In this document: piece by piece, positions 36,075-47,700 of the stretch | Layout of the letters: each line of letters opens with the position of its first letter | How positions within the stretch are numbered: the first letter of the stretch is position 1 | Assembly: GCA_964106915.2 (NCBI GenBank) | Contig: OZ066929.1 | From: Podarcis gaigeae | Lineage: Eukaryota | DNA length: 64,000 nucleotides | Reading direction: 5' to 3' (one strand) | Notes under the pieces: model-generated | Told to the model about the DNA's origin: nothing | Databases searched by the model: none | The model's input: only the letters and a program-made list of their open reading frames with translations | Position numbers and translations under genes: made by a program

Positions 36075-36172
36075 TGCAGAAGTAAGTTCTACGGAGTTCC
36101 ATGGGCCTTATTCCTTGGTAAGGGTGCTCTGGATTGCAGCCATTTATATCTTTTTATTACACAGAGTCTCAC

Positions 36173-36319
36173 CTGTTGATTGTTCCAGCCATTTCCCTCG
36201 TACACGGAAACGAATATGTGCCTCTGGACTACTTTTTGGTGGCTTGCAACTGATTAAAGCAGTATTCCCTTCTTCCGCAACAATTGTGTTCCTCACTGAG
36301 GTCTCAAAATCATCAAGAT
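36173..36319 (-). CDS. CDON: CDON exon 4 (Ig2, N-half)
   Basis: LDDFETSVRNTIVAEEGNTALISCKPPKSSPEAHIRFRVRGKWLEQST; tag| and |gtgaga; 147 nt. Confidence 0.96.
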
Positions 36320-38136
36320 CTAGAAGAAAACGTAGTTCGTTCTTTAAAGGTTCAGAAAATACAGCAGGATCTACTTCCAAAGTTTTGGGTTTAATAAAAA
36401 AGTGGTGCTCAAGTCCTGATCAGAGGATATTTCTCAGGAGAGAATGTCAATGCAGTAATAATGAAGGAAAGCCTTAAGTTCATGTGTGTCCTTCCCCTCC
36501 CACTTTACTAAGAACAGAAATTAAAGTTCCAGCATACAGCTCAGTTTGAAGTTTATTTTCTACAAGCTCTGCGTGTGCGCACACGTATGTGCGGGGGATG
36601 AATATACCTAAGTCTGAATCTCCGTTGTTACTGTACTGACTGTCTCCTGAAAAGCACCATCTAAAAATTCTTCTAACCTTTTCGACCTCAACAATGCTAT
36701 ATCGGCATTTTGTTCCTGCAATGGAAGATAATTAGAACAGCAGAACAGAAATTCGACAATGTGTAGAATATAGTGCTGTTGTACAGTATTGCCATGCCAG
36801 TTTTCATTGGCTAGGTTTGCACAGCACATTAAACCATTGTTAAAACAAATTATGACTGAGTTTGAATGAGCAGAGTTGCTGGTGCATACTGCTGAGAGTA
36901 CACATGTCTTCTTCCTCCCCTGCTCCTGCTGTACTGTGGGGAAATAAGCCATGATCTGGTATGTCATGTTATCTGAACCCACTCTTGTGGTTTGTTTATC
37001 TCCAAATAACTTTGGCTTCCATATGTTGGGTTTGAACAACATGACATGCAGCGGCAAGGAAGAAGTGAAGTGCCCATGACTTCAACAGCATGCATGAATA
37101 TGCTGCTCCACACTGGTTTCTTTTAACTATGGTTTAATGTGATGTGTGAATTGGGCCACTGTTTTGTACAATTCTCAGCTTATGTTACAGAGCTGCTAGC
37201 TCACTTAAATGCCAATTCACCTACCAGTAGCTCCACCATTGCCATTTTCACCTCCAAGTGGTACGGTACACTTAGATATATTCACAATTTATTGCAACCA
37301 GTAGAGTTTGTCAGTGCTAACTGACCTTTATAAGCTCTCAAGGGAATCCTGCTATGGGTCAATACTCTACAAAAACACTTACCAGTCTGAATTATGAGAA
37401 AATTTTCTCTTATGGGTATTTGGGATATGATTCATACACACAGCATCTTTATAAAGGAGATTCTTTAACTCAGACTTACAAGACAATTCAAGCATCTTAC
37501 TTCTGATCCCCAAAAGCCAAATCACCCTCAAGTTGGAAATACTTTTGAAAACAAGAGGGGGAAAGGTTTTCAAAAGACAAATATAAGCATGGGATGATTT
37601 TGTTGAGGCCTTTTAACTTTCATTTAAGATTGTATTTGCAAATCTAATTTTTTTACAGTTGATTATGGTTTATAATGTAAATTATGGCAATTCCCATGGA
37701 ATTAACAAGCTTTTGTTCCCCTCCCCTTTCAATTCAGGTAAAACTGATCAAACTTGCACCATCTACCTAAAAACTAGGGGGTGTTTGGGTAGGCCTTCAG
37801 ATAAAGATTTCTTCATTTAGCACAAACTCCCTTTCTAGAACATGTTTATAAATTGCAATATGAGGACTGGAAGAAATTAGTAATTGTTTCTTTCTATATT
37901 ATGTAGTTAACTTCAAGAGAAAAACACAAAATAGATACTTTGCTTTACTAATGTGCTTCTAACACAGAGGTCACCCCTTTGTCCCAAATAAGGCATGTTT
38001 AAAGACACATAAATTCCTCCAAGACGTTAAATTCATGGATGTGGCAAACAAAACAAAAAAAAATGGACAAAATAAAAGGAAACGTTATAAAAAAAATAAT
38101 GTGCTCAGTTTTACTATAAATAAAAGTATAACTTAC

Positions 38137-38409
38137 AGGCAATAGATACTGTTGCAGGCCTGCTGATAATTGCACCAATGCTGTTATTGACTATGCATTG
38201 ATATACACCAGAATTTGAAGGGCTAAGGGAGAAGATTGTAAGGTATCCTGGCTGTGAGTCTACTTGCTCCACTTTCTTGTGTAATTTCTCTCCATTGAAT
38301 AGCCAAGTTACATGAGCTGTAGAGGGCTCAGCAGTACAATGAAGCTTTACAGTTGCACCAGGTTTCTGGATGGTAGAAAGTGGCTCAGAAACAAAGTGAG
38401 GAATCAAGT
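38137..38409 (-). CDS. CDON: CDON exon 3 (Ig1)
   Basis: DLIPHFVSEPLSTIQKPG...YQCIVNNSIGAIISRPATVSIA; tag| and |gtaagt; 273 nt. Confidence 0.96.
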
Positions 38410-39224
38410 CTAGAAAAGAAAGACACACACACTCAGTGCAAACAATTCCTTTAGCTGTTAGCAGTTTTGAGTATGTATGAAAATGTGGACTAAACATTTG
38501 GTATGCTGCAGGTTATATACAGTACTGCAGTTTAGCCCAAAGGCCCCCAAAGCAGTGGAAAACATTAATATGTATTGATGCAAAAGAAATATGCAATAAA
38601 GGTACAATATGGAAAACACAACAATCAAAAGAATATAAAATAGTGTCAGGATTTTCAATAGGCAACATCATGGGGGGGGGACCCCATAGAATTTTTTTTT
38701 AATGTATCTCCTACAAATACAGACCAGTTTATACTATTTCTAAATTTATATCCAACCTCAATATTTGTGCATTTGTTACTCATAAGCACTACAGATTGGA
38801 ACAGAAAACTATTTTGAAGTTAAACCTTAGCTCAATATGAGCATTTTTACCACTCTCAAAATCAAGTACAGTGCTAGACAATGCAGAAACCATTTTCATT
38901 ACAGTGAAGCCATACTATTTAATACACAACGACCTCTGGTCACCATATATGGTATCATCGAGTTTAATTCTAAATCCTTAGACTGATTTTTAAAAAACTC
39001 AGCTTTAAATACAGAAAGTAGTATAATATTTTGGCTTGATTATCAGATATTAACAGACACTTCAGGTACTTATATCCAGGAAGGTCTTTCTGATCCAATT
39101 TATCCGTCTGTATCATTGATATGAACAGATCCACACATGTGGTTCACTTTTTCTGCTTCTTGTAAGTATACTGTATCTCTCTTTAGAATGCATATTAGTG
39201 GGCAGTCTTTGATGGGATGTATCC

Positions 39225-39293
39225 ACGCGGGTGGCGCTGTGGGTTAAACCACAGAGCCTGGAGCTTGCCGATCAGAAGGTTGGCAGTTTGAAT
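39225..39293 (+). mobile_element. 5' fragment of Sauria-type SINE
   Basis: acgcgggtggcgctgtgggttaaaccacagagcc...cttgccgatcagaaggt matches the reverse complement of the 19.8-kb SINE head. Confidence 0.8.
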
Positions 39294-39412
39294 GGTTAGG
39301 TTGTGCCCAAGTGAGGAGCACATAATATAGGGGCATGGCAACAGAGATCAACCACCAAAATGTCTGGAGGAGAACATTAGGTATATATGACAGTTTAGGA
39401 AGGTGAACTTAC

Positions 39413-39488
39413 CTGAAGCTGTAGTTGAGAAGCAAATGCTAACTATTAGAAAAAGTAGTTCTTGTAAAGGTCCAGGATCAGGATGCAT
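39413..39488 (-). CDS. CDON: CDON first coding exon (exon 2): signal peptide MHPDPGPLQELLFLIVSICFSTTAS
   Basis: ATG at 39488 (A at -3); donor CAG|gtaagt; acceptor tttgtag| at 39549 gives 61 nt of 5' UTR. Not in the ORF track. Confidence 0.93.
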
Positions 39489-39882
39489 AGTGCCAAGTTA
39501 GAAAGTGTTGTGGCAAAGAGCTTCAGATTAATGAGAATCACTGAAGAGCCTACAAAAAGAATAGGCATCTTATTATTATTATTACAATTCATTTATTAAT
39601 ACTGTAGCCTTCTGAATAATTTGTCTCAATGTGATTTACACATAAGAAAATTAAAAACTGTTTAAAACACAAAAACAAATACATTTAAAAGAATACTAAA
39701 ATCCTAACAAGTGAACACTTGTAGTAAAGACCCATTTATCCACCTGGATAAGCCTATCAGAACAAAAATGTCTTTAATGGTTTCTTGAAAGTACAGATAG
39801 TGGACACTTGTCATATCTTAACTGGAATGCTATTTGATAGAGCAGGGGCGGCCACACTATTATTTACTCAATCTGTACACTA

Positions 39883-40207
39883 CAGTGGTGCCTCGCAAGA
39901 CGAAAAGAATCCGTTCCGCGATTCTCTTCGTCTAGCGGTTTTTTCGTCTTGCGAAGCAAGCCCATTGACAGCTTAGCGGATTAGCGCTATTAGCGGTCTA
40001 GCGGCTTTTAGCGATCAGCTGTTAAGCGGCTTAGCGGCTTAGGAAAAGGGGGGAGCGGAAAAAACCCGCGGGAACTCGCAAGATCTTTTCGTCTTGCGAA
40101 GCAACCCCATAGGGAAATTCGTTTTGCGAAGCGCCTCCAAAACGGAAAACCCTTTCGTCTAGCGGGTTTTCCGTCTTGCGAGGCGTTCGTCTTGCGGGGC
40201 TCCACTG
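39883..40207. mobile_element. Tigger/mariner-type MITE
   Basis: TIRs cagtggtgcctcgcaagacgaa / ttcgtcttgcggggctccactg; TA TSD; internal ttagcgg and tcgtcttgcga repeats. Confidence 0.9.
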
Positions 40208-41402
40208 TACATCCATAGATCTTTGGGTGTTTCACAACATAAAAAACAAGATTAAATACACAAAATACATTTTTAAAATGAACAAAAATAAAATAAACCA
40301 ATAACCCCCCTCCCGTCCTTCAGATCGTATAAATCTTTCATCTTTTAATATTTACAAGTGTGTAAATATGATAACTGTTTTACAAAAGGAAATTCTCTCA
40401 GATGTCTTTTGTCTAGTTGGCTTTTGTTAGTTTTTAAAATCTAAAAATAAGGTTGGTTATTTCTTCATTCCATAATTGCTACAGTACCATTTCCACATAC
40501 TTATACTAACAAGGAGGAAGGAGCGACACATGTTGGAGGATACTATTTAGGTATTTATTTTATTACTACTGTTTTTCATCTGTTTTTCAGGTATGAAAAT
40601 GTTGTGTTCCATTTCCAGCTCCTGAGTTTCTCCTCAGCATCTCTCAGTGCTAGGAAAACTCTAACCTGCCCTTCCAATGCATTTGCTGTTGTAAAGGCAA
40701 TACACAATAGGTAAAAACAGGAAAAATCAAACCTACTACTACCACAAACCAATATAGCAGCAGCAGCAACGTTGCTAAAAAGGCTGACATAGCAGATAAA
40801 AGTAATCTAAAACAAGGGTTTGCCACATTAAATTCATTAATCAGGTATGTCAAATGCCTGCAGAATAGAAGCATTCTGATGGGACAGTAAGATGAGGCCA
40901 GAAAGATTGCATGAATAAGATGTAATATGGTACAGCCAAACAGATGGTGTCATGAGAATGATACACTGAAGGTCGTTTGAGGGAAGGCCTACTTCCTTTC
41001 TGTCAGTTGGAAAGGAGTGGGGCAAGGGGAAAACCACTCAGACCCGTGCTTCCTAGGAACAACACAAGCAGAAGTGTGGATGAGCCCTATGTTACTTTCC
41101 TTACCAAAGAAGGTCATAAGAGATCTCCAGGTTGCTCAAGGGAATTCAGTTTTTAGGAGTGAAGTCTTTGCATGTGTTCAACACACTGCATTTACATTTT
41201 CAACTCTGTTTTAAACAGATGTTACATACTTTTCACTAACTGTTTCCAACTGCAATACAGTTCTGGTGTACCTGAAAGTCATTTTAGGATGGACAACATG
41301 CCTAAAGGGGTGGGTGGGTGTAAAGGTGTCCTGTAGTGTTTTTGTTTACTCCAGAGGTATTGCTAGCACCAAATCTGTCAATTATTTTCCATGTCTAGTA
41401 AG

Positions 41403-41530
41403 AACAAAAAAGAAGAAGTGTGCATGCACACGAAAGCTCATACCAAGAACTAACTTAGTTGGTCTTTAAGGTGCTACTGGAAGGATTTTTTTTTGTTTTG
41501 ACTATGGCAGACCAACACGGCTACCTATCT
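41403..41530 (+). mobile_element. Short Penelope-like pseudo-LTR insertion with truncated hammerhead
   Basis: gaagaagtgtgcatgcacacgaaagctcatacc...ggtctttaaggtgctac...caacacggctac; 12-bp direct repeat atgtctagtaag at 41391-41402 and 41531-41542. Confidence 0.8.
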
Positions 41531-43265
41531 ATGTCTAGTAAGGAAAGGGTTTTTTTAAAATGGCATAAAATGAGGTATATAATTGCTGCATTAGAATGTC
41601 CAATGTAGAAGTGAACTATACTCAACCAGCAGGGACATTTTATATTACCATTTGCTGGGTAATTTTCTTACTGAAAACAGAAAAACTCACATAATCAATG
41701 CAAGGTATTTAGTTCATTTTTATTTGTGATCCTTTAGATTTCAAGCTGTACAGATGGAAATAACTGTGTAGAAGAGTGCATTTGTTTATTTTTCATTTAT
41801 TCAGTAGTAGAACTACCTGAGCAGCATGTGAGAAGTAAACATTTAGAGAACTTTAAGAGGATGAGAAGCAGTGTTTTCTCTATCTGCCAAATCCTTCTAC
41901 CATCTATTTATGTAAAGAGTGTAGTTGAAACTACACTCATCATCAACTTTACCCAGTTATTTCACAGGCTTTGCATACAGAAAAATTTCAAAAGTCATCC
42001 AGTGGACCATATACAGATCTATGCTACACACGCTCTTTAATGTATTGATTTTCCAGGATTATCTTTATTTTTAAAAATCAGTGTTGTATTAAATGAAACA
42101 TGGTTTACAAAACATCAGTTGTATTCACATAATAAACCATCCAATGAAATAAACAGTCTGAAGTGGACTTTTGTGTTTTTTGTTGCTACATAGTAAGGCT
42201 ATATGCTCTTAATCCTCCTTGTCAAAAATGGCTACAAAATGGTTCATATCGGACAATGCATGTGGTGGTAAGCACTGTGCACAAATGAAAGTAAGTACAG
42301 GCCCTCCCTTAGTTTTACAAAGGGAGAGACACACATGCAGAAGGGACTAAAAGAAAAAGGTAGAGGAAGAAAAGGGTAGAGGAAAATCAACAGTTTGATA
42401 CTGCCAGAATGAAGACACCTAGGATCACTGGCCTTCCCTTGTGAATATTCTGGCTGGAATAGAACCTGTGAAACTAACTCAATGGTCCTTAGTGCTCTGG
42501 TAAGAGAGGGAAGCCAGTGTCATCTTCTTCATACAACTACAGTCACAGGTCCTTGTAGTTGGTGTAGAGTTATTTCCATTAGGGAGATGGAAAGAAAATA
42601 TGGCTGATGGCTAGGGCCAGGCTAGTCCTCCCTTTGCCATGATACTCTGGGATGGAGGGGGTACAACCTCCCAGTGGTCCTCACTCTTCTGGCTAGTGAG
42701 AGGGCAAAGCATACTTACACTTGCAATTGAAGTCAACCATGTTACATTCTCCAATGCTTTTAATTCTAAAAGAGCAAGGTTACACCCTCACCATAAAGCA
42801 CTCATATCAATTTAACAGCCATGACTTCCTGCAAAGAATCCTAGGAAATGTAGTTTGTTTTAGGGTGTTGACCTCACAGACCTGCAATTACCAGCACCCT
42901 GAGCAAACTTCAGTTCCCAGGATTTTCCATTACCCTTATAACAGTATAAGAGCTTTAAATGTAAGTTGTGGATGTGACCTAAGTTTCTAGCCCATATATT
43001 TTGAAGGTAATTTTTAATGTGGTGGGCAATGCCTGATAAATATCCATGATTCCTGAATGCTTGCCATATTAAATTTTCAGTGGAGCATGAATGCTTAACA
43101 AAATGTATTATGAAAAGTAGAAGAAGTAGATTCACACAACTTGTACATGTCACAAATTTTACTGTTTGCTATAAAACTGAACATCCAGAACACACCCAGT
43201 AGTATTTATAGCAACATGTTTAATAAGAGAAATTAAATTATGTTGCTTTTCAAGAAGTTTACTTT

Positions 43266-43337
43266 GTTGTTGTTTAGTCATGTCCGACTCTTCGTGACCT
43301 CATGAACCAGAGCACGCCAGGCACTCCTGTCTTCCAC
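43266..43337 (-). mobile_element. 72-bp 3' terminus of RTE/BovB LINE
   Basis: Minus strand gaagacaggagtgcctggcgtgct...gtcacgaagagtcggacatgact(aac)n; 11-bp TSD aagtttacttt at 43255-43265 and 43338-43348. Confidence 0.85.
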
Positions 43338-43724
43338 AAGTTTACTTTATGATTGCTTATTAAAGAATTTATTTACTCCCACTTTCTCTTCATCCAGTAA
43401 CCACTTAAGTGGCTTTGTGACCAGAATTTCTTTATTATTGGCAGATTAGTTTCCATATAAAACAAAATGTCACGTATGTTAATTTCTCTATCAGAAAACA
43501 GTAATTCACAAAAACAAAGGGCTTCTGATTTAAGCATCATCTCAATCAGGGCAGCTAAGCACTCATCATGAACTACATTTTGGCACGGTATTTATTTACA
43601 AAAGCAGTTCTATTTTTGAGGGCAGCAAAATATTCTGCCTTTCTACCATTTGGTCTATGAGGCAGCTTACAAACAAAGCAATATCAAACATCAGTAGAAT
43701 TCTAACCATTTCCTAAGTAACAGC

Positions 43725-44150
43725 TGTGTTAGTCTTTTGTGGTTCTGGCATAAGTATTTGTTGTCTTTAGTCCACCTCATCAAACATATGAAGTGTTACT
43801 CCAAGTTACAGGTAGATACACACATATTTACACGCATATACCCCATTGAGAGGGACTGTAAAAACTAAGGTCAAAGGAAAATGAAATGCAGAAAAAAATA
43901 GACAGTGATCATTACATACTTGACAGTGGTAATTCACAAAGTGTACTTGATGACAGAAATTCTGGCACTGGAAAGCTAATCTGCCTCTGAAGTCCCTTTG
44001 CTTTAGGATGGGCACTCTGAGGTCATTTACAGAAATATCCCCCCCATGGCTTTTGAATACTGTTATTTCTGCTGTCAGATTTGTCTTCACTTATTCTTTT
44101 GCACAGAGATGGGCTTTTCCTCTGTAGAATGCAGAAGGGCACTGAGGGTA
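43725..44150 (-). mobile_element. Degenerate Penelope-like GIY-YIG fragment with decayed pseudo-LTR
   Basis: Minus-strand QCPSAFY..., KRISEDKSDSRNNSIQKPWGGYF, SVNDLRVPILKQRDFRGRL; homologous to the 55-kb copy. Confidence 0.72.
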
Positions 44151-44602
44151 GATTTTTCAGTTTGTTTATTAAAAGATTTCTATTCCACTTTTCATTTACA
44201 GAAAGAAATACCAAAGCAGCTCACAATAATAAAATGCAACAAATCCAATAAAAATAATCAGTACAATCATACCAATGACCAGTATTAGTAATATTAAGGG
44301 TCAGGGAAAAGATGAAAAGATATGTCTTTAAATCAGTGGCAGAAACACCCCAAGGTTGGTATTTCCCTGATTTCAGTGGGAAGAGCATTTCATGTGGTAG
44401 GTGCCACAAAGGAGAAGGATTTCCTTGCACAACCAGCAATTGGATCTCTGTGGTTCATGGTAAAATCAGGAGGGTTCCATCTGCAAACTGCAGTGAGTGA
44501 CTATACTGCAGTAACTGCAAGTCTGTACAGGAGAATGGAGTCCCTCATATATCATAATGAGAGATAAGCAGGTGAATCCTAACAAGTTCAATATTTTGTT
44601 TT

Positions 44603-44716
44603 TTAAAAGTCAAAATATGTAGATAGTCTGACCAATCAATATTAATTGCCATTAAGCTTAAAAGTCAAAATATGTAGATAGTCTGACCAATCAATATTAA
44701 TTGCCATTAAGCTTAA
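44603..44716. repeat. Perfect 55-bp tandem duplication
   Basis: ttaaaagtcaaaatatgtagatagtctgaccaatcaatattaattgccattaagc x2 followed by ttaa. Confidence 0.95.
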
Positions 44717-47700
44717 TAAGCAGCAAAGTCTTCACACTGTACTGAAAAGACCACAACCCTGACACCACACATACACATCCCTGGGAAGAGCTCCCTACCT
44801 GAGTTGCCTCTACTAAAAAGACACCCTCCCTGATCACAAGTGCCAACTTGAATAAAATATTGAGGGGGGCCAGGTAAGCCCCACCCTGCATAATTGATCA
44901 CATGACATGGCACATGCACACCATTTGAATGGCAATTCCAATCAACCTTCAGGGGCCCGCCTCCCTCAAATATTTTATAGGGGCGGGGGGCTAAAGGGAC
45001 CTCAGCCCGTAGGTCATGGTCCCTATGTCCCTGATAGTTACTCGTCTCACTTCATTTCAGAGAAATATTGACTATGAGCAACTTGACTGGATTTAATCAG
45101 TGCATTATTGACCCTAGGCAACTGCCCAGTAAAGCTGAAGAATCATATCATTAAGATGGAAGACATAAACGGAAATGTGTACCATAGGCTTATTGGGGCT
45201 GATCTCACTCTGATGATTCTTGTACTGTAAATATTATCACCCTGGAGACAGTGTGGATCCTGGAAGGACCCTACAACAAGTAAGCTGCTAAGAACAGTTC
45301 CACAGGTTCACCTTCTTGAACCTCCCATCAACATCCATACTCAATGGTATCAAATTCAACTGAAAGATTGGAGGGGGGGTAATCAACATTCATGGTATCC
45401 AGATCTCTACAACAGCATAGGTCATCTACCAGGGTAACCACAGTACCGAAACTCAGCCTGAAGCTGAAAGGAAAGGCCAACAACTTTGTTAAGTGACAGG
45501 TGTCCTTTCATTTGTCATCACTGATCTCTCTATTGGTCATTTCAAGAGGTCAAGATTTAATGAGTCTACAGATTGAAGTCTGCTCATCTGTACAAGCTGT
45601 AAATCTTCAAGAAAGAGGCAGCATGAGATGTTACACTTATTTCAGTCACAGAATATTATTTTGGACATTAATCACAATTTCTAATATTACAAAACCTGGA
45701 TCATTACCGTACTTATTCCTTATTTATTATGTTAACTGTCCATAGTGAACAAAATTCTGAACTGCAGAATCGAATCATCACTATTTATATTTAGCTTTCG
45801 TTCAGAATTTCAAATGAGTGAACAATATTTTTAGAGATATTTGCAGGAAATTCTGCAGTTAACATTACAATCCTAGCAAATATTTTCAGATCATTTTGTG
45901 CACATGATTAATACATTGTTTTGTACCATCTATATATCTAGCACCAAGTTTTCAAAACAATTCAAAAATTAGTAAGATCATGATTCCATTCCTAGAAGCC
46001 AGACAATATTGCTTTTGTTACCTAAGCTCTAAAATGAGCTTTTGATAAAGTGGCTAATTTGCTTTAGATGAATTACAACAAAGCTTCTTTGCCCTTTGAG
46101 GATATTAACTGAATGAATAATAATCCACCTATATGGCGCTCAACAGTGTTCAACACACTTCAGGTACATTTTTTCTTGTCATAATACTTTAAAAATCCAT
46201 GAATGTATGTCAGTACTATCTACATATTACGGAAGTGAGGGATGGAGAACTGAAAGAGGCAGCAAATGACACAACCAGTGCAAGTCAATGCCTTTGAAAA
46301 ATGGAGGATTTTAAAATTTTGTGCGACAGAGAAATTTCAACTTATGAAAGTTGCTTATTTCATTCTGTTGCAATTTCAGAGTTTTGTATGATCTTAATCT
46401 GTACATAACATTGTGTGAAGAAACATTATGTCACACTGCCCCCCTTGCATCAATGAAAACCCATTTAGATTCCACAACATCTTGTCAGGAACAGCACACG
46501 TTTTTAAGTGAAAATTGATTATTAAGTTTCACACTGAGCCACCTTAAAAGCAAAAGTAGAGACGTCTACATTATTTAGAGAAAGGTATTTCCTTAGTCAG
46601 TGGCATTTCCTTAGTCACTGGCTCCTCCGTGATTCTCAAAGCCTTTGATCACAGTTTTCATGCTGTTTCGTCAGACCTCAGGAATACTAGTGTAACAGCT
46701 GGCATATGCAATTCACTAGGCCTTATTTGTTTACAAGGAGTGGTTAAACATCAGCTAGTAGCAACTGACTTGCTGCCCATCAATTTTAACTGCTAACCAC
46801 CGGGGTTCATTTCTTCACTCTTTTGAGAACTGTAAAATCTCTCAATGCACATTCATGTACAATTGACACTAATACATTCTCTCACACAGGGATGTGGGTT
46901 TGGGATTTTTAAAAAGTTGCTGGGCATTAAACGTTGAAAGGGAGACTGGAAAATCAGGGAAATGTAAATTTAAGCAGATTTTAGATGTTTAATAGACACT
47001 ACCAACTACCAAATTATACCTAGGAAATATAGCACCTTTGGGGTTTGTTACCCTACGCCCCCACCTTTTCACAGGCTCAATCAAGTCGGCCAAGCATGTA
47101 AACTGATCCTGTCGCCAGCAAAAGCATTTCCTTTCACTGTGGTCAGCCAAAAACAGAGAAGAAAATGGAAATGACTTGAAGTTATGGCACCAAAAAGACC
47201 AGACAAGCAAGGAAATAATCAACTCCACATGAGTCACTTCTAGCCCATCACAATGAAAAAGGCCTATGACTAACCCCAGGAAAGGTCATCGAGACCATGG
47301 GGGTCACATGAAGAAAAAGGCAATAGTGAGAGGCTGCCAGCTGCAATAAGAATCAGTGTGTTCCTAATTACATTCAGAAAAGAAGGGATTCAGCTCAAAT
47401 AATGTTTTGATTTAGTCACAACCTAATGTAAAAGGCAGGAACTACAACTTATATTTTTGTGTATTACTAGATTAAAAGAAGTCAGGCCTCCAACATGCCT
47501 GCGGACGAGAAACTTGCAAAAGTGATTTGAAAAGTCAGATCTAGAAGTACTTTGGGAAGAGAGAAGTTAGTCTGTTGGTTTCCAAGGTTTAGTCCTTCAA
47601 CTAAATTTGCATTTTCAATATTTGTACTAGCCTTTCACAAATCTATGATACTGAATGGAACAAATAATTTACCAGAAGTTTTTCAAACCAAGAATGAAGG

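Larger units (their letters stand above)
8090..39488 (-). other. CDON: CDON coding span: 19 coding exons, spliced CDS 3783 nt, 1260 aa
   Basis: Exon lengths 76,273,147,144,288,270,357,293,172,132,207,182,106,123,228,287,80,254,164 join in frame with GT-AG sites. The protein has 5 Ig + 3 FNIII + TM and the diagnostic motifs [35 protein letters not shown] and NCRNCRNNNR; N-terminus MHPDPGPL and C-terminus QET favour CDON over BOC. Confidence 0.98.

Noticed and set aside
35729-36102. Two short ORFs with YIYIYI runs
   Set aside because: Artefacts of the palindrome and (TA)n tracts.
36608-37057. 149-aa intronic ORF
   Set aside because: No recognisable domain, and not needed for the exon 3-4 reading frame.
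8090-39488. Identification as the paralogue BOC
   Set aside because: Five Ig domains (BOC has four) and CDON-type termini and cytoplasmic motifs.
46600-47330. Possible very old L2/CR1 RT relic
   Set aside because: Only a faint KAFD-like trace; too degraded to delimit by eye.
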